64,000 bases of DNA, taken from NCBI GenBank assembly GCA_963422735.1, contig OY730476.1:4448001-4512000 (forward strand). Direction: 5' to 3'. The position numbers and the translations under genes are program-made. This document shows, piece by piece, positions 9,663 through 21,118 of this stretch. This stretch comes from Candidatus Latescibacterota bacterium. Lineage in GTDB: Bacteria; Latescibacterota; UBA2968; UBA8231. Positions within the stretch are counted from its first letter, which is position 1, and each line of letters begins with the position of its first letter. The notes beneath the pieces were generated by a model. It saw only the letters and a list, made by a program, of their open reading frames with translations, was not told the DNA's origin and made no database searches.

Positions 9663-10448
9663 CTATTGCAGGAGCTTGCCGGGAATGCGCGAGCCGGGAT
9701 ATTCCTTTTTCGGGTCGCGCTCGGCGATGATAGCTGGTACTTCGTCGGTCCAATAGGCGGGTACAGTCTCCGGGCGCCGGTGCCAAGCCAGCACCAACGT
9801 GCGACGCTGGTCGGTCTGGTTGCGATGCGCCGAGTGCAGAACGCGGGCGTCGGCCAGCACCAAGTCGCCGGCCTTGACGCAGACATCGATTTGGTCCGGG
9901 TGATCGCTGAACATGGTCGGGTGGTCTTCTTCTATGAAACGCGCCCCTTGCTCGTGGGCCGGAACCATTTCGTCGTGCAGAAGAATGCGCTTGTGATGGG
10001 TGCCGGGGATGACTTTGAGGCAGCCGTTCTCCGGCGCGGTATCGCTCAAGTAGTAGGACACAAAAATGATCTGCGGCCACGGCGAACAGCTCAAGGGATC
10101 GTTCCACTGCATCCAGTCTTGGTGCCAATACAGGGCCGGTTCGCCAGGGTCTTTGGTCAGGAGGATGATCCCGCCCGTGCTGGCAAAGTCGCCTAGGCTC
10201 ATCTGTTCGAGGGCGCGGCGCGTGGGAGGCCAGTCGAGCAATTTCTGGATGGTCGGGTTGTCCTCCCCGCGTGCGGTGACGTGCTGGCCTTGGTACTTGA
10301 AGTCGGGCGGCGGCACCCAGTCCTCCATCATGCGCTCGGTCTCGTCGCGCAATTCCCGTAAGAATTCGTCGCTGAGAATGTTATCGACGACGCAGAATCC
10401 GTCGCGCAGTAGCTGTTGGCGTTTTTCTATGGCTTCTTCGGGAGTCAT
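9663..10448 (-). CDS. PhyH-family Fe(II)/2OG dioxygenase
   Basis: Canonical WHQD, NGCLKVIPGTH, VLHSAH and RR. Confidence 0.92.
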   Translation of the reverse strand: MTPEEAIEKRQQLLRDGFCVVDNILSDEFLRELRDETERMMEDWVPPPDFKYQGQHVTARGEDNPTIQKLLDWPPTRRALEQMSLGDFASTGGIILLTKDPGEPALYWHQDWMQWNDPLSCSPWPQIIFVSYYLSDTAPENGCLKVIPGTHHKRILLHDEMVPAHEQGARFIEEDHPTMFSDHPDQIDVCVKAGDLVLADARVLHSAHRNQTDQRRTLVLAWHRRPETVPAYWTDEVPAIIAERDPKKEYPGSRIPGKLLQ

Positions 10449-10482
10449 TGCAAACCTCGTCGAAAGGTGTGGGGTCAGAGCT

Positions 10483-10935
10483 TCAATTCTGATAGGGCCC
10501 GGTGCGGCCTCCGGTCAAGGCGCGGTCAAAGCTAGGGCGCAGCAGTTTGGTTAAAACGGGCGGTAGTTCGCCCCGCTGCGCTTTGAGTGCCCATAGCGAC
10601 GGCACGGCATGGGGTGGTTGCACCAAGCCAGTGCGATCGTCCGCTTTTTTGTACGCGTACAGGGAACACCAGCAGGTCGGCCGGTCCGCCCCCTTCGGAG
10701 CCACGCCGTGAGCTCCGTGCGACAGGCAGCAGACAACCGAGCCGGGGGGCAGTTCGAGGTGTTCGATGGTCAGCGGCTTCCCAGTGATAGGGTGGACGCG
10801 CCCCTTGAGCCAACCAGCTTCGATCTCCTCGTCGGTGGCCCCTCGGCAGTTGTCCGGGTCTAGGTATTGCAGCGTTTCGAAATCGTTCATGGATATAATG
10901 AGGCGGGGGCGGTAAAATCCCGGAAATTGTATCAA
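10483..10935 (-). pseudogene. PhyH-like C-terminal fragment
   Basis: LELPPGSVVCCLSHGAHGV resembles the distal His strand. The N-terminus is absent and abuts mobile-element debris. Confidence 0.55.
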
Positions 10936-11069
10936 CGGTCTCCAATATAGCCAGACCTATCGCACGCCTCAATGAGGCCGGGGCGGGGACGCCCCGATGA
11001 TCGCCTGTACGACCTGCCTTTCCAGAAATTGTCGACAGATCTCACACGGCTCGTCAAAACCCGCTGTGC

Positions 11070-11250
11070 TTACGGGATAACTTCAAAGCCCATCTGTAGG
11101 AAGTGATGGTCTAATGTCAATGCTCGGCGAATTCGCAGTTCTCGCATGAGAACAAAGCTGCAGCAGTCGGTGAAGGAGAATTCCTTATCCCGATAGCCGA
11201 AGAAGAGGGACCGCGCCCATTCTCTTCGCGTTTCATCAATGGACTCGATC
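11070..11250 (-). pseudogene. VapC/PIN toxin C-terminal fragment
   Basis: DKEFSFTDCCSFVLMRELRIRRALTLDHHFLQMGF; the PIN N-terminus is missing. Confidence 0.75.
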
Positions 11251-11345
11251 CGCCGTCGAGCCGAGCCGTCGAGTTGCTGCCACCTATTGCGAATCGACAC
11301 AGGTCGGATGGTTGTTTCGGCCCTGCTTGTGACGGGCTCGCTCAT

Positions 11346-11627
11346 TCAGCGCGTCGAGGGCTTGATTCCAGCGCCGATCAGGTCCCAAGGCGGAAAATCA
11401 AGTGGCAGCATCCGCCACGGGATAGTGCCCTTGACGACATAGAAGATCGCACTGACCACATCGCATTTGGCCCATTTGCCGGGGTTGCCCCAAGGGTCGG
11501 GACGCTCGAAAGACGCCGCGATCTGAGCCCACTCCCGATCGGTCAAGTCGCTGGATTTCCATTATCTCTCTATGCAAAAGATCAATGCCGATATTCATAT
11601 TCTTTTTAGCGGAGATAGGCACAGCCT
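11346..11627 (-). mobile_element. IS5-family transposase N-terminal remnant with probable left end
   Basis: DLTDREWAQI...VVSAIFYVVKGTIPWRMLPLDFPPW (DUF4096-like), then truncated. Confidence 0.8.
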
Positions 11628-11628
11628 T

Positions 11629-11757
11629 AGGAGCGTTCTTAAACCCCCCTCGGGCTGCTTTGCGAGGCTGTCGAGTGGCTCATAGGGCGAGACGCCCTCG
11701 GTCCTAGATACTTTGAGCTGAGCGAGAGACCGAAACCCTAGTTTTAAGAACGCTTCT
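11629..11757. mobile_element. Small TIR element (~130 bp MITE-like)
   Basis: AGGAGCGTTCTTAAAC and TTTTAAGAACGCTTCT form a 14/16 inverted repeat; no ORF inside. Confidence 0.6.
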
Positions 11758-11774
11758 CAAGCGATATAACTTAA

Positions 11775-11983
11775 CGGAATTTCCTAGTGTACGGTTGGGC
11801 ATTCCGGTTTCATGTAGGCGGTATCACTCGGCCTGCCCGTAGCCCTCGTCCGGGCTAGCGCGGTCCCCCGCGTCAATGTTCCGAGGCCCGTCGCCGGGTA
11901 CCCGCCGCCAAGGGGGCGGATGGGACTAACCACTAACCACTAACCACTAACCACTGATTAAACAGTCCTTCTAGGAAAGTCCG
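11775..11983. mobile_element. MITE copy 2 (IS1595/ISNha5-like ends)
   Basis: Same TIRs as copy 1; perfect 8-bp TSD TAACTTAA at 11767-11774 and 11984-11991. Confidence 0.9.
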
Positions 11984-11993
11984 TAACTTAATT

Positions 11994-12206
11994 TCAGTGG
12001 TCCAACCTGCTACGGCTCTTACATCGGCCTGTAAGTGCATTGACAACAGAGGATTTCCCACTATTTACAGGACCGTAGAGTGATATAACTAATTTTTTTG
12101 ATCTCCTCGAATTCCTCGCTTTTTTCGCAAAAGATTCCTCGACTGCTTTTTTATGTCCCTCGACATCGGGTTCATCGGATTCAAATGCGTCGTTTACTTT
12201 GGCCAC
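11994..12206 (-). pseudogene. Truncated P-loop GTPase N-terminus (Era-like)
   Basis: ISLYGPVNSGKSSVVNALTG Walker A, with a stop shortly after, next to the MITE. Confidence 0.65.
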
Positions 12207-12275
12207 TATACTCTCTCCTTACTGGAAATAACGAAATCTGTCGTTGGATGCTCAATGTACACAAAGAATCATCCC

Positions 12276-12737
12276 CTAAGCCGATATATCGAGCAGGGCC
12301 TCTTCGTCGGCCAAAGCGTAGCCCTGTTCCAGCAGGTCGGCGAGGGTTGTGCGCGATAAAATTTGATCAACGGCCTGCTGCACTTGCCTCCATAGTGCGC
12401 GAACCGAACACGCAGTGAGCGAGTGCGTGCAGCAATCCGCGCTGCCGGCGAAGTGATCGCAGAAGTCGTCGTCGAAGAGGCGACCGCCCAGCGTGGCGAG
12501 CGCGTCGGCCACGGCGATTTGGTGGGGGGGCCTAGCGAGGGCGTAGCCGCCTTGCTGGCCGCGGGCACTTGCCACAAACCCGCCTTGCCGGAGAATGCGC
12601 AAGAGCTTGGCGACGTTGTGATGCGTGATCCCCTCGGCTTGGCTGATTTCCGGGATGGTCAGGCTGCGGCCGGGGGTTTGGCGCGCTAGTTGCAACAGGC
12701 AGCGCAGGCCGTATTCTTCGCGCGAGCTGAGTTTCAT
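12276..12737 (-). CDS. Rrf2 family regulator (IscR/SufR-like)
   Basis: YGLRCL and RGQQGGYALAR motifs, Cys cluster C..CC..C; last gene of the suf operon. Confidence 0.92.
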   Translation of the reverse strand: MKLSSREEYGLRCLLQLARQTPGRSLTIPEISQAEGITHHNVAKLLRILRQGGFVASARGQQGGYALARPPHQIAVADALATLGGRLFDDDFCDHFAGSADCCTHSLTACSVRALWRQVQQAVDQILSRTTLADLLEQGYALADEEALLDISA

Positions 12738-12738
12738 A

Positions 12739-13077
12739 TTACATCATGCCTAGTTCGAGTTTCGCCCCCTCGGTCATCATGTCTATCGTCCACGGCGGAT
12801 CCCACACGACCTCGACCGAAGCCGTGGCGAGGCCCGGGACATGGGCCTTGATTTTGTGCTCGATTTCCGGCGGTAACGTGCCGGCCACCGGACAGGCGGG
12901 CGAGGTCAAGGTCATGGTCACGTGGACGTCCTGCGAGTCGCTGACCTCGATTTCGTAGATCAGGCCGAGGGCAAAAATATCGACCGGAATCTCGGGGTCG
13001 TAGCAGGTTTTGAGCACGGCCACCACTTTGGCCTCGGTAGAATTAGGGGGAAAGGTTTTTTCGTGCAACAGTTCCAT
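12739..13077 (-). CDS. sufT: SufT / DUF59 Fe-S assembly protein
   Basis: DPEIPVDI..LGLIY, TLTSPACP and VWDPPW. Confidence 0.92.
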   Translation of the reverse strand: MELLHEKTFPPNSTEAKVVAVLKTCYDPEIPVDIFALGLIYEIEVSDSQDVHVTMTLTSPACPVAGTLPPEIEHKIKAHVPGLATASVEVVWDPPWTIDMMTEGAKLELGMM

Positions 13078-13090
13078 AGAGGACTCCTTT

Positions 13091-13190
13091 TTAGTGATCA
13101 GTGGTTAGTGGTTAGTGATCAGTGGTTAGTGGCCACCCCCTCTAGGTAGGGTGCGGGGAACTGATCACTGATCACTGATCACTGATCACT
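13091..13190. repeat. Inverted heptamer tandem repeats forming a hairpin
   Basis: (TYAGTGR)x6 at 13091-13132, a 27-nt core, then (ACTGATC)x4 at 13160-13187. Confidence 0.85.
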
Positions 13191-13193
13191 ATT

Positions 13194-13646
13194 CTATTCG
13201 GTGGATGTGGGGGACGGGTCTTGTTCTATGGCCGCTTTGGCAGTGTGCCAAGCGAGGGTCGCGCACTTGACGCGCATGGGAAACTCGCGCACCCCAGCGA
13301 AAACGGCCATCTTGCCCAAAGCCCCGGTGTCGACGGGAGCGTCCGGTTGTGCGGTCACCATCTGCTGGAACTGCTCAAACAGCTCGACCGCCGCGTCGGG
13401 ATGCTTGCCCTTGATGGCGGTGGTCATCAGCGAAGCTGAGGCTTTAGAAATGGCGCAACCCGACCCCTCAAAGCGTATGTCGGCAATCCGCTCGTCGGCC
13501 ATGTGGAGATAGATGTGCAGGTGATCGCCGCACAGGGGATTGTAGCCCTCTTGCATGCGATTGGCCTCGGGCAGCTTGCCGAAGTTGCGTGGATTTTTGT
13601 TGTGATCGAGGATGATCTGCTGGTACAGTTCGCGAAGCTCTGTCAT
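13194..13646 (-). CDS. sufU: SufU Fe-S scaffold / sulfur transfer protein
   Basis: NPLCGD, GCAISKASAS and RVKCATL. Confidence 0.95.
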   Translation of the reverse strand: MTELRELYQQIILDHNKNPRNFGKLPEANRMQEGYNPLCGDHLHIYLHMADERIADIRFEGSGCAISKASASLMTTAIKGKHPDAAVELFEQFQQMVTAQPDAPVDTGALGKMAVFAGVREFPMRVKCATLAWHTAKAAIEQDPSPTSTE

Positions 13647-13689
13647 TGTCGAAGTACCTCGTTGATGTTGTATAAACCCCTACCACTCC

Positions 13690-14919
13690 TCACCCTTCAA
13701 ACACCTTCTTGACCTTGTGTACCGCCGAGACTAGCGCATCAATTTCCGCGTGCGTGTTGTAAAAAGCCAACGAGGCACGCACCGTCGCCGGCACTTGGTA
13801 AAACTGCATGGTCGGCTGGGCGCAGTGGTGGCCGGCGCGTACGGCAATACCCTCGGCGTCGAGGACGGTGCCTATGTCGTGTGGGTGGATGTCGCCGAGC
13901 GTGAAGGAGAGGACGGCCACGCGCTCGCGGGCCGTGCCAATCAGGCGCAAGCCCGGGATGGCGGCGAGGGATGCGTCTGCGTACGCGAGCAAGTCGGCCT
14001 CGTACGCGGCGATTTGCTCTCTTCCTACGGAGTTGACGTAATCAATGGCGGCCTCCAAGCCAATACCGCCGGCGATGTGCGGCGTGCCAGCTTCAAACCG
14101 AGCCGGTGGGGGAGCATACGTGGTGCCGGCAAAGCTCACCTTCTCGATCATGGAACCACCGCTTTCATAGGGCGGCATGGCGTTTAAAAGGGCCTGCTTG
14201 CCGTAGAGTACGCCAATGCCGGTGGGGCCGAAGAGCTTGTGGCCGGAAAAGGCATAGAAGTCGCAGTCGAGGTCCTGCACGTCCACCGGCAGGTGAGGCA
14301 CTCCTTGCGCTCCATCGACGACGACGACCGCGCCGTATTGATGGGCCAAGGCGGCGATTTCCTTCACCGGCAGAATGGTGCCGAGGGCGTTGGAAGCATG
14401 GGCGACGGACACGATGCGGGTGCGCTCGGACAGCAGGCACTCGTATTCGTCGAAGAGGAACTCGCCCGTCGCGCTGATGGGTACTACCCGCAGGCGTGCG
14501 CCCTTTTCTTCGCACAGCATTTGCCACGGCACGATGTTGGAGTGGTGCTCTAGCTGCGAGACGATGATCTCGTCGTCAGGACCTACCTGCGGCCGACCGT
14601 AGCTGTGGGCGACGAGATTGAGCGCCTCGGTGGTGCCGCGCACGAAGACGACCTCGCTGCTCTCGCGGGCGTTGATAAACTGGCCGACTCGGCCGCGCGC
14701 TCGCTCGTACGCAAAGGTCGCCTGCTGGCTGAGGAAGTGGACGCCACGGTGGATGTTGGAGTTTTCGCGGGCGTAGTAGCGCTGGAGCGCGTAGAGGACC
14801 GTCAGCGGCTTTTGGGTGGTCGCGCCGTTGTCGAAATAGACCAGATCCTTGCCGCGAATTTTCTCGCCGAGTACGGGGAAGTCGCGGCGGATCTTGGCTA
14901 TGTCAAAGGAAGCGGTCAC
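13690..14919 (-). CDS. sufS: Cysteine desulfurase SufS
   Basis: YFDNGATTQKP, SGHKLFGPTG and RAGHHCAQP. Confidence 0.96.
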   Translation of the reverse strand: MTASFDIAKIRRDFPVLGEKIRGKDLVYFDNGATTQKPLTVLYALQRYYARENSNIHRGVHFLSQQATFAYERARGRVGQFINARESSEVVFVRGTTEALNLVAHSYGRPQVGPDDEIIVSQLEHHSNIVPWQMLCEEKGARLRVVPISATGEFLFDEYECLLSERTRIVSVAHASNALGTILPVKEIAALAHQYGAVVVVDGAQGVPHLPVDVQDLDCDFYAFSGHKLFGPTGIGVLYGKQALLNAMPPYESGGSMIEKVSFAGTTYAPPPARFEAGTPHIAGGIGLEAAIDYVNSVGREQIAAYEADLLAYADASLAAIPGLRLIGTARERVAVLSFTLGDIHPHDIGTVLDAEGIAVRAGHHCAQPTMQFYQVPATVRASLAFYNTHAEIDALVSAVHKVKKVFEG

Positions 14920-16208
14920 GAAGCAACTCCGGCGGCGGCTTGGTCCAGCCGGCGGTCTACTAGCCGGTCGAGTTGGTCTTTAAGGGTGGGGACGCGCACG
15001 CGGTTGAGCACCTCCCCAGCAAAGGCCCGCGTCAGTACCCGGACGGCCTCGCGGTGGCCGATGCCACGGGAACGCAAGTAAAAGAGGGCGTCTTCGTCGA
15101 GCTGGCCGATGGTGGCTCCGTGCGAACACTTGACGTCGTCGGCGTAGATTTCGAGCTGGGGCTTGGTGCTGATTTGCGCCGTCTCCGAGAGCAGGAGATT
15201 TTGGTTGGCTTGATAGGCATCGGTTTTTTGCGCGGCTTGGTGAACGTGGATTTTACCGCGGAAGACGCCGGTGGCGCGGCCACCGAGGATGCCCTTGTAG
15301 AACTCATGGCTCTGGCAGTGAGGCTCGGCGTGTTCGATGAGCGTGTGATTATCCACGTGTTGTGCCCCGTCCTCGATGTAGAGGCCGTTGAGAGTGGAGT
15401 CAACGCCTTCGCCCTCTAGGACAGTGTGGACGTGGTGGCGCGTCAAGTGTCCCCCCAAGGTGATGGAAGTCGAGCGGAATTGGGCGGCGCGTTCCTCGCG
15501 GACGTGGGTCGCCGCGACGTGGAAGGCGGCGGCGGACTCGCGCTGGACTCGGTAGTGGTCGAGCACGGCGTTGGGGCCGACGAAGAATTCGCTGACGCTG
15601 TTGGTCAGATACGGTTCTGCCTCTAAGCCGACGTAACTTTCGACTAGGGTCGCTTGGGCGTTGGCTTCGGCGACCACGAGGACGCGCGGATGGGAGACGA
15701 CGTTGGCGCGTCGGCCCGTGGAGACAAACAGCAAGTGGATGGGCTGCTCGACGATGGTGCCCCGAGGCAGATAGACGACCGCGCCGTCTTGCAAGAAGGC
15801 GGTATTGAGCGCGGTAAATGCCTCGTCCTCGGTGGTGGCGGCTTGGCCTAGGGAGTTCAAGAATAGATCGCCGTTTGAGGCGATGGCTTCGCCCAGGCTC
15901 TCGACGCGCACACCGGCGGGCAGACGGTTGAGCTGGGAATGCGCGAGGGCAAAGTGGCCATCGACAAAGACCAGCCCGTTGAGGCCGTAGCGGTAGTCGT
16001 CGAGAGGAGCCGGCACCGTCGTGGACGCGGCTAGCTCAAAATTGATCCGAGCCAGCGGGGCGATGTTAGTAAAAGCCCACTCCTCGTCTTTGGTTGTGGG
16101 AAAGCCACAAGCGGCAAAGTGCTCAATAGCCCTTTGACGCAGCGGCAGCAGTGCGCCTGTGACGACGAGGTCGTTAAAGTAGGACTGATAATGGGCGACG
16201 CCGTTCAT
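14916..16208 (-). CDS. sufD: Fe-S assembly protein SufD
   Basis: [33 protein letters not shown]. Confidence 0.95.
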   Translation of the reverse strand: MNGVAHYQSYFNDLVVTGALLPLRQRAIEHFAACGFPTTKDEEWAFTNIAPLARINFELAASTTVPAPLDDYRYGLNGLVFVDGHFALAHSQLNRLPAGVRVESLGEAIASNGDLFLNSLGQAATTEDEAFTALNTAFLQDGAVVYLPRGTIVEQPIHLLFVSTGRRANVVSHPRVLVVAEANAQATLVESYVGLEAEPYLTNSVSEFFVGPNAVLDHYRVQRESAAAFHVAATHVREERAAQFRSTSITLGGHLTRHHVHTVLEGEGVDSTLNGLYIEDGAQHVDNHTLIEHAEPHCQSHEFYKGILGGRATGVFRGKIHVHQAAQKTDAYQANQNLLLSETAQISTKPQLEIYADDVKCSHGATIGQLDEDALFYLRSRGIGHREAVRVLTRAFAGEVLNRVRVPTLKDQLDRLVDRRLDQAAAGVAS

Positions 16209-16954
16209 GCCGCTTGCTCCTTGACCCAATCGTAGCCCTTTTCCTCTAGCGTCAGCGCCAATTCTTTGCCGCCCGATTGGGCAATGCGCCCCTCGTAGAG
16301 CACGTGGACGAAGTCCGGGACTATGTAGTTGAGAAGACGCTGGTAGTGAGTGACGACGACGACCGCCTTGTCTGGGGCGTGGAGTTGGTTGACGCCTTGA
16401 GCGACGATCCGCAGCGCGTCGATGTCGAGGCCGGAGTCGGTCTCGTCGAGAATCGAGAGCTTGGGTTCCAACACGGCCATTTGCAAAATTTCGTGGCGCT
16501 TTTTCTCGCCGCCGGAAAAGCCTTCGTTGACCGACCGCTTGAGGAAGCTCTCGTCCATTTCCACCAAGGCGAGTTTTTCGCGGATTAGGCCAAGGAAATC
16601 GATGGCGTCGAGCTCCTCCTCACCGCGTTGCTTGCGGATTTCGTTGTAGCTTTGGTGGAGGAAATACGTGGAGTTGACGCCGGGGATTTCCACCGGGTAC
16701 TGAAAGGCGAGGAAGAGCCCGGCACACGCCCTCTCTTCTGGCGCGAGTTCGAGCAAATCCCGGCCGCAGTACGCGACCGACCCTTCGGTAATGTCGTAGC
16801 CTTCGCGGCCCGCGAGGACTTGGGCGAGGGTGCTTTTGCCCGAGCCGTTAGGGCCCATAATGGCGTGGATTTCGCCGGGTTCTACTTGCAGGTTGACACC
16901 GCGCAGGATGGGGGTGTCTTCAACGGCGACGTGGAGGTTTTCGATGTGGAGCAT
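16205..16954 (-). CDS. sufC: Fe-S assembly ATPase SufC
   Basis: [20 protein letters not shown] and [13 protein letters not shown]. Confidence 0.96.
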   Translation of the reverse strand: MLHIENLHVAVEDTPILRGVNLQVEPGEIHAIMGPNGSGKSTLAQVLAGREGYDITEGSVAYCGRDLLELAPEERACAGLFLAFQYPVEIPGVNSTYFLHQSYNEIRKQRGEEELDAIDFLGLIREKLALVEMDESFLKRSVNEGFSGGEKKRHEILQMAVLEPKLSILDETDSGLDIDALRIVAQGVNQLHAPDKAVVVVTHYQRLLNYIVPDFVHVLYEGRIAQSGGKELALTLEEKGYDWVKEQAA

Positions 16955-16997
16955 AGTGCGCTTTCGGTTGGGGTTGTAATGCTATGGGTGTATTGGA

Positions 16998-17372
16998 CTA
17001 CAGCAGATTTCGGTTGGTTTCGGGTTGCCAAGCGAGGATGATAGCGGCCTCCAACTCGCGGGTTTCTTCTTCGCTTTCGGTGAATGTTACCGAGAACTCT
17101 ACTAGATCGGGGAACATGCGGAGCTGGCGTCGCAGTTCGGGATTAGCCTCGTTCGCCAAGTGCTCCAGGAGACGGCGACGGACGCAAGTTATGGACATGC
17201 CGATGTAGAGTCGTTCGTGGGCATCTTCTATTTCATCGGGTAGCCACAGGGCATATAGGCCACAACAGTCCTTCGGTAGCGTTTGCACCTCTTCCCGGTT
17301 GAATGGGCGCAGGTTCTTTTCTAACTGATACTTCTTGGCGAACAAATTATTGGAATAGCTGACCCTGTGCAT
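16998..17372 (-). CDS. GIY-YIG nuclease-like protein
   Basis: GLYAL...LYIGMS...RRRLLEH...ELE...PETN; probable start MHRVSY at 17372. Confidence 0.75.
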   Translation of the reverse strand: MHRVSYSNNLFAKKYQLEKNLRPFNREEVQTLPKDCCGLYALWLPDEIEDAHERLYIGMSITCVRRRLLEHLANEANPELRRQLRMFPDLVEFSVTFTESEEETRELEAAIILAWQPETNRNLL

Positions 17373-17580
17373 CTTCTTTCGTCCTTGAGAGGGCAGAAAG
17401 GATGTCTTGCCACGCGGAGACGAGATTGTTGAAGAGTACCGCATTTTGTGAGTCGCCTTTGCGATCGTAGTGATTGTAGAGAATACGCGCCAGTCGCTCG
17501 ACGGATTCGACATTGCCATCCATGGCCCGGGCGACATACGCCGCTCCTTCAATGCCGTCGCCGTGCTCGCGATTGAGGTA
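17347..17580 (-). pseudogene. C-terminal tail of a DUF1156-type DNA methyltransferase
   Basis: Frame absent from the ORF track: YLNREHGDGIEGAAYVARAMDGNVESVERLARILYNHYDRKGDSQNAVLFNNLVSAWQDI...QGQLFQ*. Recognised by eye. Confidence 0.6.
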
Positions 17581-18637
17581 TCACTCCCCACAGGGTGTTA
17601 AGCGGATCGCCGTTTGGGGTTTTGGCTGCATCAGTGGGCGAAAGATACGTGCCGTCGAGCACGGCGACGCGGGCCTGAACACCAGTGCTTGAGGCCAGCC
17701 CGGCTTCTTCTACAATGCCGTGTATCTCGTTGTGGGTCTGCTCGGATTGGCCATTTTCGCTCGGATTGGTCAAGGCGTCGGTGCTATTCACTAGATGATA
17801 GAGCGCGATGAGGCTGTGAGTCTTACCGCCACCAAAGCCCGTTTTGGTCTGGATAACCGGATCGCCCCCGTTGCCACTGAGCCGCTTCAGGGTGTTCACT
17901 AGCAGGGTGCGAATGCCCGGGGTGATGTACGTATGGTTGAAGAAGCTGACCGGATTGCCGTACTGAGTCGCGTCGGCACGGCCGTCGTGGACCTGTTGGA
18001 GATCAGCGGCGAACTCGGCCTCTTGAAAGGTGCCTAGAGCCACATCAGGATTGGGACGGATGACCGTCCGCCAAGGAGCGAGATCGGTGGTTAGAGGGGA
18101 TGGTGGCGTTTCAGGTTGGCTCTTGGCAGGTGCCGCTGGTGCGGCCGTATCGCGTTGGCTAGAAGGGCTGGCGAGTTGGTCTCTGATCGCTTCTACAGTC
18201 TGCTTCTGCTGCGGCGCATTGATTTTGCCGAGTACATCGGCAATGTGAAACAGGTGGGTTCTGGCAAACTCAAAGTCTATGTCCTGTGGGCCAGGATGAG
18301 CCGCTTTATCTCGTGATTCCTTTATCAGCCATAGCGCATTCTGGATGCCCCTCTCGTCTCCGAACGGCTGTTGGAAAAACTCGTTCCATTTCCTGCCGAT
18401 GAGGTGAGGAAAATCGCCAATATCTATTGAGGCTTCTACATCGTTCCCGTTCTTATTCAGATTCTGGCTGAACTGCTTGGCCTGTCGGTCATTTAGAGCG
18501 TTGCGTATCACATCTTCGACCTGCTGGCCCCGAGCTTTCTTTAGAGAGCGGACAATAAACGGGCGCATGGCGTCGCGGTAGATGTCCAGTGCCTCGTTGA
18601 GCGCGTCTCTGTTTGGTCGGTCTATCGTCGTATTCAC
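17549..18637 (-). pseudogene. Swt1-like HEPN fused to a truncated DUF499 ATPase
   Basis: HEPN RDKAAH (Rx4H); DUF499 motifs PWRTVIRP, EFAADL, TGFGGGKTHSLIALYHL and TLWG, then an abrupt end. Confidence 0.85.
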
Positions 18638-18685
18638 GGACTTACCCTTCGGGCCATCGACAGTAGTGTAGGCTCGTAGCCTTAT

Positions 18686-20149
<1,464 letters not shown>

Positions 20150-20169
20150 GTTGGCTCCTTGTATACAAG

Positions 20170-20201
20170 AACGTAGGAATCTGTACAAAAAAGTCAAGTT
20201 T
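20170..20201 (-). promoter_or_regulatory. Putative suf promoter and possible Rrf2 site
   Basis: Minus strand TTGACT-16 nt-TACGTT; AAACTTGACT resembles an IscR type-1 half site. Confidence 0.5.
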
Positions 20202-20217
20202 CAGGACGGGGCGGCGG

Positions 20218-21117
20218 CTAGCCCATTTTTTTGCGTTGCGCCAAGTAGCGCGATAGGGCCACGTCAAAGGGGGTTGCCGTATCGAGCAGGGCGTAGTCGA
20301 TGCCGGCCTCGGCGCACCCGAATCGATAGGTCTGGACCAGATCGTCCATCAGCGCGCGGTATTCGTGCTGGATGTGCCAGGGCTGGGTGGTGAGGGTTTG
20401 GTCTGGGTCTTCGAGGTCGTAGAAGCGAGTCTGATCGCGGAAGGCGAAGTCGCGCTCGCGGGGGTCGAGTAGGTGGAAGACGATCACTTCGTGCTGCAGG
20501 TGGCGGAAGTGGCGCAGCCCTTCGAGGACTTGGTCGGGCGCGTCGAGCAGGTCGGAGAGCACGATGACGAGGCCGCGGCGGCGGATGCGCTCGGCGAGAT
20601 CGTGGAAGGCCGGGGCCATGTGCGTCTCGCTGTGGGGTCTCGCTTGGTCGATGGTCTTGAGGAGCACTTGGAGGTGACTTTGCACCGAGCGCGGCGGCAC
20701 GTACGCCTCGATTTGGTGGTGATAGAGCAACAGGCCGGCCGCGTCGCGCTGCTTGAGCATGAGGTACGCCAGTGCGGCTGCTAAAGAGGCCGCGTAGCGA
20801 AATTTGCTCAACGGTGCGCCAGCCGCAAAATCCATGGAGCCGGACACGTCGAGCAGCAGATAGGCTTTGAGGTTGGTTTCCTCCTCGTACTGTTTGACGT
20901 ACAGGCGGCCGGACTTGGCATAAGCTTTCCAATCGAGGTCGCGCAGGGGGTCGCCCGGCAGGTAGGGACGGTGCTCAGAGAATTCGACCGAGAAGCCGTG
21001 GTATGGGCTGCGATGCAGGCCGGTGATAAAGCCCTCGACCACAAGGCGCGCAATCAGGTCGAGGCGCGCGAGGCGCGAGATGGTTTCCGGGCGGAGGTAG
21101 GAGACGGCTTCGCTCAC
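20218..21117 (-). CDS. DUF58 (vWA-like) MoxR partner
   Basis: GLHRSPYHGFSVEFSEHRPY.PGD, DWKAYAK and LLDVSGSM. Confidence 0.93.
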   Translation of the reverse strand: MSEAVSYLRPETISRLARLDLIARLVVEGFITGLHRSPYHGFSVEFSEHRPYLPGDPLRDLDWKAYAKSGRLYVKQYEEETNLKAYLLLDVSGSMDFAAGAPLSKFRYAASLAAALAYLMLKQRDAAGLLLYHHQIEAYVPPRSVQSHLQVLLKTIDQARPHSETHMAPAFHDLAERIRRRGLVIVLSDLLDAPDQVLEGLRHFRHLQHEVIVFHLLDPRERDFAFRDQTRFYDLEDPDQTLTTQPWHIQHEYRALMDDLVQTYRFGCAEAGIDYALLDTATPFDVALSRYLAQRKKMG

Positions 21118-21118
21118 G

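Noticed and set aside
3659-11983. Composite transposon bounded by the two MITEs
   Set aside because: Each copy has its own distinct TSD, indicating separate insertions.
13091-13190. Possible CRISPR array
   Set aside because: Only 7-bp tandem units; no unique spacers and no cas genes.
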